Below, piece by piece: positions 36,953-46,979 of a DNA stretch of 64,000 bases. Within the stretch, counting starts at the first letter, position 1. Each line of letters opens with the position of its first letter. The stretch spans positions 706 to 64,705 of IMG/VR virus record IMGVR_UViG_3300033991_000293; one strand, 5' to 3'. The DNA comes from a virus. Lineage: Duplodnaviria; Caudoviricetes. The notes under the pieces were generated by a model. It was not told the DNA's origin, ran no database searches, and saw nothing but the letters and a program-made list of their open reading frames with translations. Made by a program: the position numbers and the translations under genes.

Positions 36953-39177
36953 AGCCAAACCCAGGCCCCATTTGTCAATCGTTCAAGGTGACATCGGCAT
37001 CGACCGTTACATTCGGTCCCCTGGCCAGGTAGGATACCGCCAGTGAAGGCGATCAGCGCATCGATAGATGTGTATTCGCGCCCAGGGGGATTTGCCCCAA
37101 AGATGGGACACATTCGGCAGTGTTTGGCAATGACGTCCAGTACCCATCGCACGGGCGATGGGTATCCTTGTTCCAAATCATCCAGCCGCCCGCGCTCAAT
37201 GGCGCCTGACCAAATCGAGTGCCAGACCTCGCCCGCGTATAACTCCGCCCGTGCAAACCCCTGCGTAGCCGCCTCGACCGCCTGGTGCACCAGAATCCAT
37301 GCCTCGTCCTCGCGCCCCGCTTTGAGCAATAGCAGGATCGCCGCGATCTGTCCTTCCAATTCCCCTTTGATGTCCCCGAATAGACTTGACTTACCAGCCG
37401 GATTGGTTACAGCCAGGCGACCATCGCCCCCGTACCCAATCCAGGCATCTGCCCTCGCGATCTCCGACCGCAACGCCTGCTGGATTCTGGCATCCCCTGT
37501 TGGGGGACCGAACCCCAACCAGAATGCAGCAGCCAAATCTAAGGCAGACTTTTCACGAAACAGCAGGAGCCCCACCAGGAGCAAATCGTCCAACTTGCTG
37601 CGCAGAGTCACCTCGTCCACGCCAGTCCCCAGGCCCGCCACTTCAGTGGACAGTTGATCAGCCCAGGCCGAGAGATTCTGCCTCTGTGCCTCGGCATTGG
37701 CATCGACGAAAGCCACGTACCGCGCAGGCCGATCTTCAGGGGCAGCAGGCCCAAAATGCTCAGCGCCTCGCGCCAGGAATTGCTCGCGCCGCCTGACCGG
37801 CACCCGTATCCTCGAGTATCCCTCGCTCTCCGTACCTGGCTCTCCCTCGCCGCTTTCAGGTTTGGGTTGCTCTTCCTCAGCGCCACCCGCCCGCCGACCT
37901 TCATCATTGCCTTCATCACCGACCGGCTCCTCCTCTTCCTCTGGCGCCTCGGGCATCCCCGGCACCTGCGCCCGCAGGAAATTCTCAGTGGGCATGTCCA
38001 TCGAGAAAGCCCCGGCACCAGATAGTGCAGTGATATACTGCCCAAGTCTCTGTAAATCCAGTGCCCTGGGTGATGTATGTGTCAGAGTGGGGTAGCCGGT
38101 CAGCCCTGGCCAGGGATTGAAACTGAACAGGTAGGGGATGGCATAGCGATTCAACTCGTCAGTGATGATCTGCAGGTATGCCTCGACCGCCAGCGCGAAA
38201 GATTCCTGGAGGGTTTGCGCCAGGGAACGAGTCCCTACCTCGCGCAGGCCCAGAAGGAGCCATTGGGCCAGAATCGACCTGGCCATTTCTGAATCCTTGC
38301 GTATAATCGTGTCCGACATCGTCCGATCAATCGTTCCCTCCGGACCCCCTAATTCCAAGTCCCAGGAGTGGGGGATGTATGACCCCATCATCCTGTCCTC
38401 GTAGATGGCCTGGACTAATTCCTGCGCCCGCTGTTCGTCTGATACCTCACCCTCTGCTACCTCAGCCCTCGCAGTCGCCCCATCTGGCAGTTTGAGCAGG
38501 GGGAAGCCTGCCCATCGCCGGTACAGGCCGATACCCTCGATCTGTTCCAGTCGCCGCTTGTATTTGTATGGCCGAACGGCAGGCCGGAAGATCGACAGGC
38601 CCTCCGGATTGTCTCCCTCCCTCGACGTCCGAAACAGCAGAGATTCATTCAGGGGGATAAAGATGACATTGCCCGTTTTGATCTGGTACTGCCACAAACC
38701 CAGGATGTCGCCCGATTCCTCGTCAAACTCCCAGTGATCCAGGGTAAGTGGAGACCGGAAGGCAATCTTCCGAAAGCCGATTAAATCGTCGTCGAACTGG
38801 CTCTTGTTTTTGCCCTTCTGGCCTCTGCGTCTCTTCATGACCATGTGGAAGTAAGTCCACCCATAGACAAACATCAGGCAGGCATCGGCGATCAGGTCAT
38901 TGAATGAGTGGGATGTGTCGCTGAAGGCCGACCATGCAAAAGTGGCAGCCTCTTCATCCCGCGCAGAAGGCCCGCCAGGCAGACAACTCCACTGCACGCG
39001 CCGGATTGGGAGCGTTAGGACGAGATACATCGCAATCCCTGTCGGATCTTGCGTCCGGATCTCGTCGAAAACCCGATAGCCCAATTGCCCGCGCAGAGTA
39101 ACGTCCGGCTCCACCATGACGACCCCGCCCCACTGCTGCAAGCCAGTGGAGCCCAACTCTTTAAATGGTGATGACAT
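36949..39177 (-). CDS. portal protein (DUF935/Mu gp29-like) fused to a MuF-like head morphogenesis domain
   Basis: ELGSTGL, YGW.YF, NPEG.SIFR and DSEMARSILAQWL portal motifs; C-term WVL...HCRMC...PGQGTECNGRCRC. Confidence 0.85.
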   Translation of the reverse strand: MSSPFKELGSTGLQQWGGVVMVEPDVTLRGQLGYRVFDEIRTQDPTGIAMYLVLTLPIRRVQWSCLPGGPSARDEEAATFAWSAFSDTSHSFNDLIADACLMFVYGWTYFHMVMKRRRGQKGKNKSQFDDDLIGFRKIAFRSPLTLDHWEFDEESGDILGLWQYQIKTGNVIFIPLNESLLFRTSREGDNPEGLSIFRPAVRPYKYKRRLEQIEGIGLYRRWAGFPLLKLPDGATARAEVAEGEVSDEQRAQELVQAIYEDRMMGSYIPHSWDLELGGPEGTIDRTMSDTIIRKDSEMARSILAQWLLLGLREVGTRSLAQTLQESFALAVEAYLQIITDELNRYAIPYLFSFNPWPGLTGYPTLTHTSPRALDLQRLGQYITALSGAGAFSMDMPTENFLRAQVPGMPEAPEEEEEPVGDEGNDEGRRAGGAEEEQPKPESGEGEPGTESEGYSRIRVPVRRREQFLARGAEHFGPAAPEDRPARYVAFVDANAEAQRQNLSAWADQLSTEVAGLGTGVDEVTLRSKLDDLLLVGLLLFREKSALDLAAAFWLGFGPPTGDARIQQALRSEIARADAWIGYGGDGRLAVTNPAGKSSLFGDIKGELEGQIAAILLLLKAGREDEAWILVHQAVEAATQGFARAELYAGEVWHSIWSGAIERGRLDDLEQGYPSPVRWVLDVIAKHCRMCPIFGANPPGREYTSIDALIAFTGGILPGQGTECNGRCRCHLERLTNGAWVWL

Positions 39178-39186
39178 AGCAACCTC

Positions 39187-40938
39187 CTAATTCCAGACTG
39201 AAGATTCTAATTTGAGTTTGGACTGATCTGGTAGGGGCGATGGATGAGGAAGTGTCCAGGCAACGCAACAATAGTTCTCAGCATGGGCAAAGTGATCTGC
39301 CCCCGCCGAGATATACACTGCAACTGTCCTGCCGACGTGGTCCTCCAGGATGCGTATCATACTCTTTAGGTGAGCATAATAGTCAGGGATGCCACGCGCA
39401 TGGCAGGGGAGTGAGAAAGTTGTCTGCGCCGGCTCCAGCCCACCAGTGGCAGCCGCCAACAACCGCGCATACATTTCATCGATTGTCCGTGTCCGATCTA
39501 AATCGAGGAAGCCTTCCTCTAAATTTAGTCTGACAGGCTCTTCGATCTTCAGGCCGGTCTTTTGCGTCACGTAATAGGCCCGCCAGATTCGCCCAGGGGG
39601 AAATGAATCCTGAAAGCGCCTGGCCTCCCGCGTTTCTGGCAATGCATCGACCACACAAACTTCGCAGTTGTACAGCCGCATCAGTTGGGCCACGTCCGCA
39701 AACTCCGCGACTGCACCTGCGTACCGCTGTGGGTAATCCCCCGTCTCGGATTGTGCAGGCCCACGGATGATCACGTGCAGCAAGTCGCCGACGTCTACGC
39801 CCATCCGGCACCGCTCGCCCACCACAGGCCCATGCGAGTATGCCCGTGTCGCCGCATCGAGGATATCGTCGGTCAATTGCCCGCCCCTGGGGATGTATGG
39901 CTCTCCCCAGTCCTGATTGGTAGCCTCCCGCCTGGCCGTCTCGTCCACCGCCTGGAGCCCTTGCAGCATCGCCCCGACGTCAGCCAGGGGCGAGAATAAC
40001 TTCGAAAGATGATAGCCGACCGGCAGCCGCCCAGGATAGGCCGGCACCCATTCTCCCTGCGCAAGCCGCTTTAGTCTGCCACCGCATTTCCGACAGGCAG
40101 GCCAGGCCGCCCCCGTCTCCATGCCGTACCAGCCAACAGGCCGACCCAGGGAGTCCTCCTCCAGGATGACCGACGATCTGTCCATGTACTGCCGCTCGCC
40201 ACAGTGTGGGCAGGCCACGAACCATTCACGCTGATCCGACCTCTCCCATAGGGCATGGATGCCAATCCCTCGATAGGTGGGAGTGCTCACTGTACGCTCC
40301 TCGGCCAGCATCGAGTGGCCGAGTCGTTTACGAGCGATCTCAGGAGCCCGCGAATCCATCTCATCCAACTCATCCAGCAGCAGGATGTCAGCCGCGATCG
40401 CTTTCAGTTGGGGAGCCAGGCCATCGGGCGATACCTTGGCCCCCCGAAAGTACAGGAAGCGGTCACGGATTCTCTTTAACCGAACACGATCAGCCCCCCG
40501 TGATCGCCCACCAGCATCGACCACGATTGAAGTCAGATATGGACTGGCCTCGATTGCAGGCCCGACCCGACCGGAAGAAAAGTCAGAAAGGTGTACATCA
40601 GTGGGAAAGACGTATAGCACGGTAGCCGCCCGTTGATCAGCCCCGTGCAGTGCATAGGAGACCAGATATTCTGAAGCGCCCATTTGTGAACTTTTGTAGA
40701 TGATCATCCAGGGGGAAGTTTCTTGGTAGATTGGAATCAGATAGTGATGGGACACAAAGTCGAGGGGTTGACCTGGCACGAGGAACGGGCGATGTTTGAT
40801 TGTCCACGATAGCAAGTCCTCCGGTAGGGATACCCTGCGCAGTGCCGCCAACACCGCCACTTTGCGATCTACTGACCACAACGTGAAATGACCGCTCAGC
40901 AGGTCATCCAGGATGCCAGGCCCGACCCCGATTGTCAT
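39187..40938 (-). CDS. terL: terminase large subunit, lambda GpA family
   Basis: KSSQMGASE Walker A variant, LLLDELD, STPT, SDQREWFVACPHCG, GVDVG and DHFAHA. Confidence 0.9.
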   Translation of the reverse strand: MTIGVGPGILDDLLSGHFTLWSVDRKVAVLAALRRVSLPEDLLSWTIKHRPFLVPGQPLDFVSHHYLIPIYQETSPWMIIYKSSQMGASEYLVSYALHGADQRAATVLYVFPTDVHLSDFSSGRVGPAIEASPYLTSIVVDAGGRSRGADRVRLKRIRDRFLYFRGAKVSPDGLAPQLKAIAADILLLDELDEMDSRAPEIARKRLGHSMLAEERTVSTPTYRGIGIHALWERSDQREWFVACPHCGERQYMDRSSVILEEDSLGRPVGWYGMETGAAWPACRKCGGRLKRLAQGEWVPAYPGRLPVGYHLSKLFSPLADVGAMLQGLQAVDETARREATNQDWGEPYIPRGGQLTDDILDAATRAYSHGPVVGERCRMGVDVGDLLHVIIRGPAQSETGDYPQRYAGAVAEFADVAQLMRLYNCEVCVVDALPETREARRFQDSFPPGRIWRAYYVTQKTGLKIEEPVRLNLEEGFLDLDRTRTIDEMYARLLAAATGGLEPAQTTFSLPCHARGIPDYYAHLKSMIRILEDHVGRTVAVYISAGADHFAHAENYCCVAWTLPHPSPLPDQSKLKLESSVWN

Positions 40939-41663
40939 GCGCTTTCTGGACCCCCATCAGCAGGAGACTGGCCATCGGGAGCAGGAGATTGCTCGGCAGG
41001 GGGAGTTAATCTCAACCGCGCTAACTCTGCCCGTAACTCCTGGTCAATTGCATCCAACCCCTGTACCTCAACCAACGTCCGCGAAGTGGGAGAAACTGCA
41101 GTTGACGGCTCCGCCAGACGATACAGAGTGACTGCTGCCTCGATGCGGTCACCTGCACGCTCGGCAGGATTTGCCATGACACTGGCCAGTGCCACCGGCA
41201 CCTGCGATGTGAAACGCGCCAGGTTGCGCCGCCTCAAGCGCAGGAAATGTTCCTCGATGGTTGCGGTTTCCGTGTCCAAGTACTCCAGGCATGCTCTGAG
41301 ACAAGCCAGGTAAGCCGCCCAGACCTGGGGGATATACTGCCATTTTGCATACCAGATTCTGGCACTACAAAGCCCCTGTTCTGCTGCCTTCCTGAACAAT
41401 GCCCGCCAGGATTCCTGATTAGCCCTGGCGAAAGCCAGAACAACGACGGTCTGGCGTTTTTTACGCTGATGTGGCCCTGGGATGGCATTCAGCAGCCCCA
41501 GGATTTCAGGGGTTAGCCAGTGATAGGTATCCTGGGGATATTCCACGTCAGTCGTGTCCCAGGCATCCATAAAGTCTGCCCCCTCTGGAATGGGAAGCCC
41601 AGGGGGAGCCCCAGGGAATCCCCCGACCGGATCGCCGAATTCATTAACTCGTCTCTGAATCAT
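40935..41663 (-). CDS. terminase small subunit (putative)
   Basis: Directly upstream of and coupled to terL; helical. Confidence 0.55.
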   Translation of the reverse strand: MIQRRVNEFGDPVGGFPGAPPGLPIPEGADFMDAWDTTDVEYPQDTYHWLTPEILGLLNAIPGPHQRKKRQTVVVLAFARANQESWRALFRKAAEQGLCSARIWYAKWQYIPQVWAAYLACLRACLEYLDTETATIEEHFLRLRRRNLARFTSQVPVALASVMANPAERAGDRIEAAVTLYRLAEPSTAVSPTSRTLVEVQGLDAIDQELRAELARLRLTPPAEQSPAPDGQSPADGGPESA

Positions 41664-41676
41664 AGTGCCCTCCACC

Positions 41677-41703
41677 TGAAGTTTTCAAGCCGAACTTCGT
41701 TAT
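41677..41703 (+). promoter_or_regulatory. phage-sigma-type promoter motif 2
   Basis: TGAAGT-15-CGTTAT upstream of the RBS of 41726. Confidence 0.7.
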
Positions 41704-41725
41704 ACTACCCAGGAGGATAGAGTAA

Positions 41726-41926
41726 ATGGATATAAGGTTAATCGTTGAAGCCCCACCTGAATGCGAGACAACGCTCGCCGATATCGTCCGCTGTGAAGAT
41801 CGAGACACCCTGGAGCCCGCGATGGATCTGGGCCTCGCAATTGGGCAGATCATTACCACTTTCCTGATCACGGTCATGCACCTGCCCGAAGCCCCGCCAG
41901 TCCAGGTTGTCTTGACCCCAATGTAA
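41726..41926 (+). CDS. hypothetical protein
   Basis: RBS CCCAGGAGGA. Confidence 0.65.
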   Translation: MDIRLIVEAPPECETTLADIVRCEDRDTLEPAMDLGLAIGQIITTFLITVMHLPEAPPVQVVLTPM

Positions 41927-41940
41927 CAGGAGGAAAACCC

Positions 41941-42681
41941 ATGAGTGTGATTTATGTGCCCAGTGGTAGGGCAGGCGAGTATTCCGCCCTCGCCGCCAAC
42001 CTCTACAGGGGATGTGCGCATGGATGTCGGTATTGCTATGGCCCGCGCATCCTGCACATGCCCAGGCAGGAATTTGTCAATGATGCCCGATCTCGTACCG
42101 ACATCGTGACCCGCCTGAAGGCCAGCGCCACCGACCGTCAGCGCAAGGGCAAGGCAGGCGATGTCCTCCTCTGCTTTGTTTGTGACCCGTACCAGCCCCT
42201 GGAGAGCATGCATGGCATCACCCGCGCAGCCATCCAGATTCTGCACGACACCGGTCATACCGTCACGATCTTGACCAAAGCAGGTCAACTGCCCCGCCGA
42301 GACTTCGATCTCTTGGGCAAGGGGGATTCCTTCGCTGTGACCCTGACCTGCTGGACACCCCAGGATCAGACCTATTGGGAAGCCAATGCCGGCTCCACGC
42401 CGGAACGGATCGACCTGCTCAAGGAAGCCCACGACAGGGGCATCTATACCTGGGCATCCTTCGAACCGGTCATCTATCCTTACCAGACCCTGATGCTGAT
42501 CGAGACAGTCTGGCCCTGGATCAGGGAAGCCAAGATTGGCAAACTGAACTACCATCTGTATGCGAAACAAGTCGATTGGGCCAGGTTTGTGGAAGATGCC
42601 ACCCGCCTGCTCCAGAAATTGGGCATCCCATACCTGATCGAGAGGGATACCCTGGATGCCGCAAGGGAAAGGGGGAAGTAA
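41941..42681 (+). CDS. radical SAM protein, SplB-like family
   Basis: NLYRGCAHGCRYCY, DPYQPLE, ILTK and SFEPV motifs. Confidence 0.85.
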   Translation: MSVIYVPSGRAGEYSALAANLYRGCAHGCRYCYGPRILHMPRQEFVNDARSRTDIVTRLKASATDRQRKGKAGDVLLCFVCDPYQPLESMHGITRAAIQILHDTGHTVTILTKAGQLPRRDFDLLGKGDSFAVTLTCWTPQDQTYWEANAGSTPERIDLLKEAHDRGIYTWASFEPVIYPYQTLMLIETVWPWIREAKIGKLNYHLYAKQVDWARFVEDATRLLQKLGIPYLIERDTLDAARERGK

Positions 42682-42682
42682 G

Positions 42683-42880
42683 ATGATCATCACCGTCAAG
42701 ATAGCCATTGATCCATACAACACCGAACTGCGTGTGGAGCATGATGCCATCGAAAAGGCAGGGGCAGAACAGGCCAACTTGGTGACCAAGTTAGAGGAAG
42801 GCATCCGGCAGTTTATCGCCGACGAGTATGGCGAGAAAGTCGCAAAAGACCTGGTCAATGTCTTTGTGACCATCCAGTAA
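42683..42880 (+). CDS. hypothetical protein
   Basis: Closely packed ORF. Confidence 0.6.
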   Translation: MIITVKIAIDPYNTELRVEHDAIEKAGAEQANLVTKLEEGIRQFIADEYGEKVAKDLVNVFVTIQ

Positions 42881-42893
42881 CACAGGAGGGACG

Positions 42894-43205
42894 ATGTCCA
42901 AGAGAGCGAGCGTGACCAGAAAAACAAGTGGGAATTGGGTAATGGCACGTACCCTGCATGCGAATACCATCGTGCAACTTGAAGATGGGAGAGTGGGTAT
43001 CCTCGTGAGAAACACAGGGGACCCGAAAACGTATTGGGTGAGAGTATCCTATGAACAGGCAGTCGGCATAACGCCCACCACGTCGATCTTGTTGGTTGCC
43101 AGTCACATCTATCTCGCCCAGGAGTGGTTGGGCAAGTATCTGAAATCTGGCCCCGAAGAACAAGACCTGATGGTGCAGCATGGGAAAGCCTACAGCCGAT
43201 CATGA
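42894..43205 (+). CDS. hypothetical protein
   Basis: RBS AGGAGG. Confidence 0.65.
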   Translation: MSKRASVTRKTSGNWVMARTLHANTIVQLEDGRVGILVRNTGDPKTYWVRVSYEQAVGITPTTSILLVASHIYLAQEWLGKYLKSGPEEQDLMVQHGKAYSRS

Positions 43206-43665
43206 GTGTATCCTGTGTGGCCAGCCGGCACCGGATTACACCACCAGTGTGCTGATCAATAAGGGACGGCAGTACTTTGGCCACACAGTGGTCAATGTCC
43301 ATATAGAATGCCTGCTCACCATCACGCATGGTACATTCTGCCAACTGGATGATCTGCCCAAATTGAAATACAACTCTGCCTTCCTGGAGGGTATCCGGCA
43401 GTGGGATGATGGCATTTGCCTCGAACACTTCATCAACGACGAGCAGAGATTTCGCAAGCACTTTCCTCACCTCGTGAATGAAATCTGGCAATTGCATGAC
43501 CTGCTCAAGAAAGCAGGGGCAGATGTCCTTATCAGTCGCAGTTGTTGGTTAGGGACATATAGGCCGGTAGACCGCCTGGCTAAACTCCGCCAGCAATGGC
43601 AGGAACTCATAGCCAGGAAACCTCACCTCGCCTATGTCCAGGCCACCTTCGACCTATCGAGTTGA
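43180..43665 (+). CDS. hypothetical protein with N-terminal CxxC...HxxC
   Basis: Overlapping ORF at the operon end. Confidence 0.6.
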   Translation: MGKPTADHECILCGQPAPDYTTSVLINKGRQYFGHTVVNVHIECLLTITHGTFCQLDDLPKLKYNSAFLEGIRQWDDGICLEHFINDEQRFRKHFPHLVNEIWQLHDLLKKAGADVLISRSCWLGTYRPVDRLAKLRQQWQELIARKPHLAYVQATFDLSS

Positions 43666-43971
43666 CAACTCAGGTTGACAGGGTACTGCTGGCGGCTCCA
43701 CCGCATCTGCACATAATTTGTGACCCACCGGAACCCGCAGGCCATACTCCCAATCGGCCATTAGCCCTCTCCCTCCCTGCTGGCCAGGGGGAGAAAAGAA
43801 TCTAGTCCAAGAACCATAATGCCAGCAGAGAATCACGAACGGAGTCCAGCGCCCACGCCAGTAAATCCGCCTGGCCACAAACCAGCGCCCGCCAGCTTTG
43901 CTACCCCTTCCAACTTCCGACAAGAGTCATTATGTCAAATTACCCCTTCCAACTCGACATAATCTGTAGCA

Positions 43972-44241
43972 CTACACGCAATGATGTCGTTTCTTGCCCA
44001 CGCGCCTGCGCCGACCCCGCGAACTCTTCACAGGGGGAAGATCGACCAAGCGCGCCATTTGCACGGAATCAGGCTCTAACGCGATTGCAGGCTTTAGGAC
44101 AATTGTCGTCCGATTGATGCGAATGACGACGAATGTAAAGCCTTTGATCTCCACCGATTCCCCGACCCTGAGTATAGGCCATCCTGCTGGAGCAGCCTCC
44201 CCAGGAGCCAACTCAGAAAATCGACCAGTATTTGGATTCAT
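43972..44241 (-). CDS. hypothetical protein
   Basis: RBS AAGGGGG; ILRVGESVEIKGFTFVV. Confidence 0.6.
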   Translation of the reverse strand: MNPNTGRFSELAPGEAAPAGWPILRVGESVEIKGFTFVVIRINRTTIVLKPAIALEPDSVQMARLVDLPPVKSSRGRRRRVGKKRHHCV

Positions 44242-45061
44242 AGAAACCCCCTTTTACCATTGCCAGGCCGACCAGCCACGTGATCACAGTCAGCCCAATC
44301 AGTACCCAGGCCCGCTCGCGCCGATAGATGAAAGCCAATACCGGCACCAAGTGGTAAATCAGGAGATACGGCGATGTGAGCAGGCCAAGCGCCAACCATT
44401 CAGCCTGGCCCATTGGGCCAGCACCCACCAGCAGGATCGCCCCGACAATCCCGACCTGGCTGATGCTGTGGGAAGTTTGCCAGTTTACCGCTTGGGTAGA
44501 GACCGGCACCCTGGCAGGCCAAAAACCCCAAACCAGAAAAGAACACAGTGTCACCGCCACCACCGGCAGGAACATCCGGACCCCGCCCCGCCAGGCCCTG
44601 GCCAATGCCCACCAGCACAGGATGTGTGGTTTGCAGGCCACCAATAGCAATGACCACTGTGGAGGAAGCAGGAAGGCCAGGGGCAGGAACACATCGATCT
44701 GGCCATAGTGCAGCGCCGCCAGCACCGGCATGGACAGTGCCAGCAGCAACACGCGCCACCAATCACGGCAGTAGACCGCAAGGACTGCAAAGCCCAGGGA
44801 GATAAAAACCCCGTAGCCTACAAGGGGGGGAAGAATTGCGATGGGATGAAGCAGCACAAATAGCCAGGGGGGATAACACGCCCAGGCAAAGCGATATGGA
44901 TCGTCGAGGGGATGGAGTGCAGCAGGCCGGAAGTACCGCATCCAATCTGAATCTGCGATGTCTCCAGGAGCCAGTGATGCCCCGAAGATGGCCACCAGCA
45001 GGAAGGCCACCAGAACAGCCGCCATACCGACTGCACGACTGGCCTGGATTTTAGGCATCAT
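44213..45061 (-). CDS. polytopic membrane glycosyltransferase, GT87/DUF2029-like
   Basis: Multiple TM helices; D...Y, YPPW, GQID and KPH motifs. Confidence 0.7.
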   Translation of the reverse strand: MMPKIQASRAVGMAAVLVAFLLVAIFGASLAPGDIADSDWMRYFRPAALHPLDDPYRFAWACYPPWLFVLLHPIAILPPLVGYGVFISLGFAVLAVYCRDWWRVLLLALSMPVLAALHYGQIDVFLPLAFLLPPQWSLLLVACKPHILCWWALARAWRGGVRMFLPVVAVTLCSFLVWGFWPARVPVSTQAVNWQTSHSISQVGIVGAILLVGAGPMGQAEWLALGLLTSPYLLIYHLVPVLAFIYRRERAWVLIGLTVITWLVGLAMVKGGFYESKYWSIF

Positions 45062-46499
45062 GCACCTCGCCATTTGCAGTCTGCACCAGCCTGGGTTGCA
45101 GGCCCATCAACGCCAGACGCTCGAGTGTAGCCGCGCAGTATTTAGGCTCAATGTCCTGCCCAAAAACAACGCGCCCCATGCGCTCGCCTGCTACGATAGT
45201 CGCCCCCAGGCCCACAAACGGATCAAGCCCTAGTGATCCAGGTAGTGATGAGTTTTTGATGTGCGCCGCCACCAGTTCCGGCGGTTTGGCGGTAGGATGA
45301 TAAATCGACCGTTTTGGCCGACTGACGACGATCACCGATGTCTGATTCCTACCACCATACCATGACCGCCTGTGCCCCTGTGTCCAGCCGTAGAGGATAG
45401 CCCCATGTTCTTCTGCATAATGCAGGCCGGCATCGATATCGGGAGCAGCCTCGCCTTCTTCTTCCATGCCACCGTACCACGGAACTTCACCGCCCTGAGT
45501 CCAGCCATAGAGGATTGGCTCATGGCGGTAGTGATAGTCTGAGTGGCCAAGCACCATGCTATCCTTGACCCAAACCAGGTCTTGGTGCAGGAGCCACCCC
45601 GCCTCACGAAAACAGCGCATAAAGATCTCGGTCAGTGGTCCCCCTGGGTGACACACATAGATGGGACATCCCTTCACGAGAAATGGGGATATCGCCGCGA
45701 ACGATTCTGAAAGAAGCGTCTCGATCTCCTCCGGAGAGTCCCCCTGAAGCACCAGCGCATCCTTTGTGCGCCCCGCATAGTCTGCCCCATAAGGCGGATC
45801 TGTCCATACCCATGCTGCCAGGTTGTCAGCCATGAGATTAGCCAAGTCGTACCGACTTCGGGAGTTTCCACAACGCAGGCAGTGCCATCCACCTCGTACA
45901 GTCCTGGAGGGGATAGCCCATAACTGGCCAATCTCAACTTGCCAGATATCCAGCAGCCGTTCAGGGGCATCGCCGCCCTGTGGTCCTGGATCGTCCCCCA
46001 CCTCAGCCCCAGGCAGTTGATCAAGATTCAGACTGGCAAACATCTCGGCCAACCGCTCTTCAGTACCAGCCGCCAGCGCCGCCAATTCCTGGCCCGCCTG
46101 CTGGTGGATATCCACCAGCAGGAGTCCCAATTGTTCCTGGTCTGGATCTGAGAGTCTAGCCATTTCATTGTCGACCGCCAGGTAAGCCATGACCTCGACC
46201 TGGCTCCAGGTAACAGGCAGGATATCGGCCTTCAGAGTTTGCCAACGTTCTAGCACCATCGCCCGCCAGACCCCCTCGCCTGCCACGATCAGGAATGCCC
46301 CATCGCCCCGATCTTGTAGCACGAGGGATTTGACCTGGCCAAAGCGCCGCAGGGAATAGCGCAGCCTGGCAATCTGAGTGGGACCGTGTTTGTTGTAATT
46401 TTGGGGATGTGGTACACAAGCGGAGATAGGGACATCGTCCCGATGGATGACCTCGCCCACCGGTAGATTATCTGCCGATGGAGCAGCCTTCTTTTTCAT
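45051..46499 (-). CDS. ParB-like domain fused to an N6A/N4C DNA methyltransferase
   Basis: PHPQNYNKH...GQ...IVAGEG..RA...DN ParB-N; TDPPYG, HPTAKP and DPFVGLGAT. Confidence 0.9.
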   Translation of the reverse strand: MKKKAAPSADNLPVGEVIHRDDVPISACVPHPQNYNKHGPTQIARLRYSLRRFGQVKSLVLQDRGDGAFLIVAGEGVWRAMVLERWQTLKADILPVTWSQVEVMAYLAVDNEMARLSDPDQEQLGLLLVDIHQQAGQELAALAAGTEERLAEMFASLNLDQLPGAEVGDDPGPQGGDAPERLLDIWQVEIGQLWAIPSRTVRGGWHCLRCGNSRSRYDLANLMADNLAAWVWTDPPYGADYAGRTKDALVLQGDSPEEIETLLSESFAAISPFLVKGCPIYVCHPGGPLTEIFMRCFREAGWLLHQDLVWVKDSMVLGHSDYHYRHEPILYGWTQGGEVPWYGGMEEEGEAAPDIDAGLHYAEEHGAILYGWTQGHRRSWYGGRNQTSVIVVSRPKRSIYHPTAKPPELVAAHIKNSSLPGSLGLDPFVGLGATIVAGERMGRVVFGQDIEPKYCAATLERLALMGLQPRLVQTANGEVHDA

Positions 46500-46558
46500 T
46501 CAGCCTCCAATCCGATTGACAACTCAGCCGCACAATTGCTCGCCCTGCCCTGCCGTAC

Positions 46559-46587
46559 AGTATAGCAGAGAAATCGAGAAAAGTCTA
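46559..46587 (-). promoter_or_regulatory. sigma70-type promoter for the methylase operon
   Basis: TAGACT-17-TATACT with TG extension. Confidence 0.6.
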
Positions 46588-46621
46588 GCCCCATTGGGTA
46601 CTATGTTCACCGATTTACTAC

Positions 46622-46650
46622 TTGACACCAATTCACAGAAGGTGTATAAT
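46622..46650 (+). promoter_or_regulatory. sigma70-type promoter for the partition operon
   Basis: TTGACA-17-TATAAT, exact consensus. Confidence 0.85.
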
Positions 46651-46685
46651 ACCTGTACATTTGTCTTATAGAAGAAAGGAGTCCG

Positions 46686-46949
46686 ATGGACACACCAGAA
46701 CCGACAACAGTACAGGCAGATTTCACGTCCAGTGCTAAGGCCGACCCCGACCCCATCCTCGTCTCGGTCACCGATCTGCGCCGAGATATGGCGAAGTATT
46801 TCGGCCTGGCCTCCAGGGGTGAGATTGTGGTGATCACGAAAGAGGGAGTGCCCTACCTTCAACTTGTCCCTGTCCGCTATAGGTATTACATCCCCGATGT
46901 GCTGGAACAGTCTGTCCCTCGCGCCACGCCCGCTGTGGCCAGCGAGTAA
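46686..46949 (+). CDS. Phd/YefM-like DNA-binding protein
   Basis: VSVTDLRRDMAKYF....RGEIVVITKEG.P...LVP. Confidence 0.7.
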   Translation: MDTPEPTTVQADFTSSAKADPDPILVSVTDLRRDMAKYFGLASRGEIVVITKEGVPYLQLVPVRYRYYIPDVLEQSVPRATPAVASE

Positions 46950-46979
46950 GTCCTCAAGAAATCCCAGGAGGGTTGACCC

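Noticed and set aside
41644-43497. 617-aa minus-strand ORF
   Set aside because: Antisense shadow of five RBS-led + strand genes including a clear radical SAM; no recognisable motifs.
43654-43923. Small minus-strand CDS
   Set aside because: TTG start without a clear RBS and overlap with the convergent gene end; not supportable.
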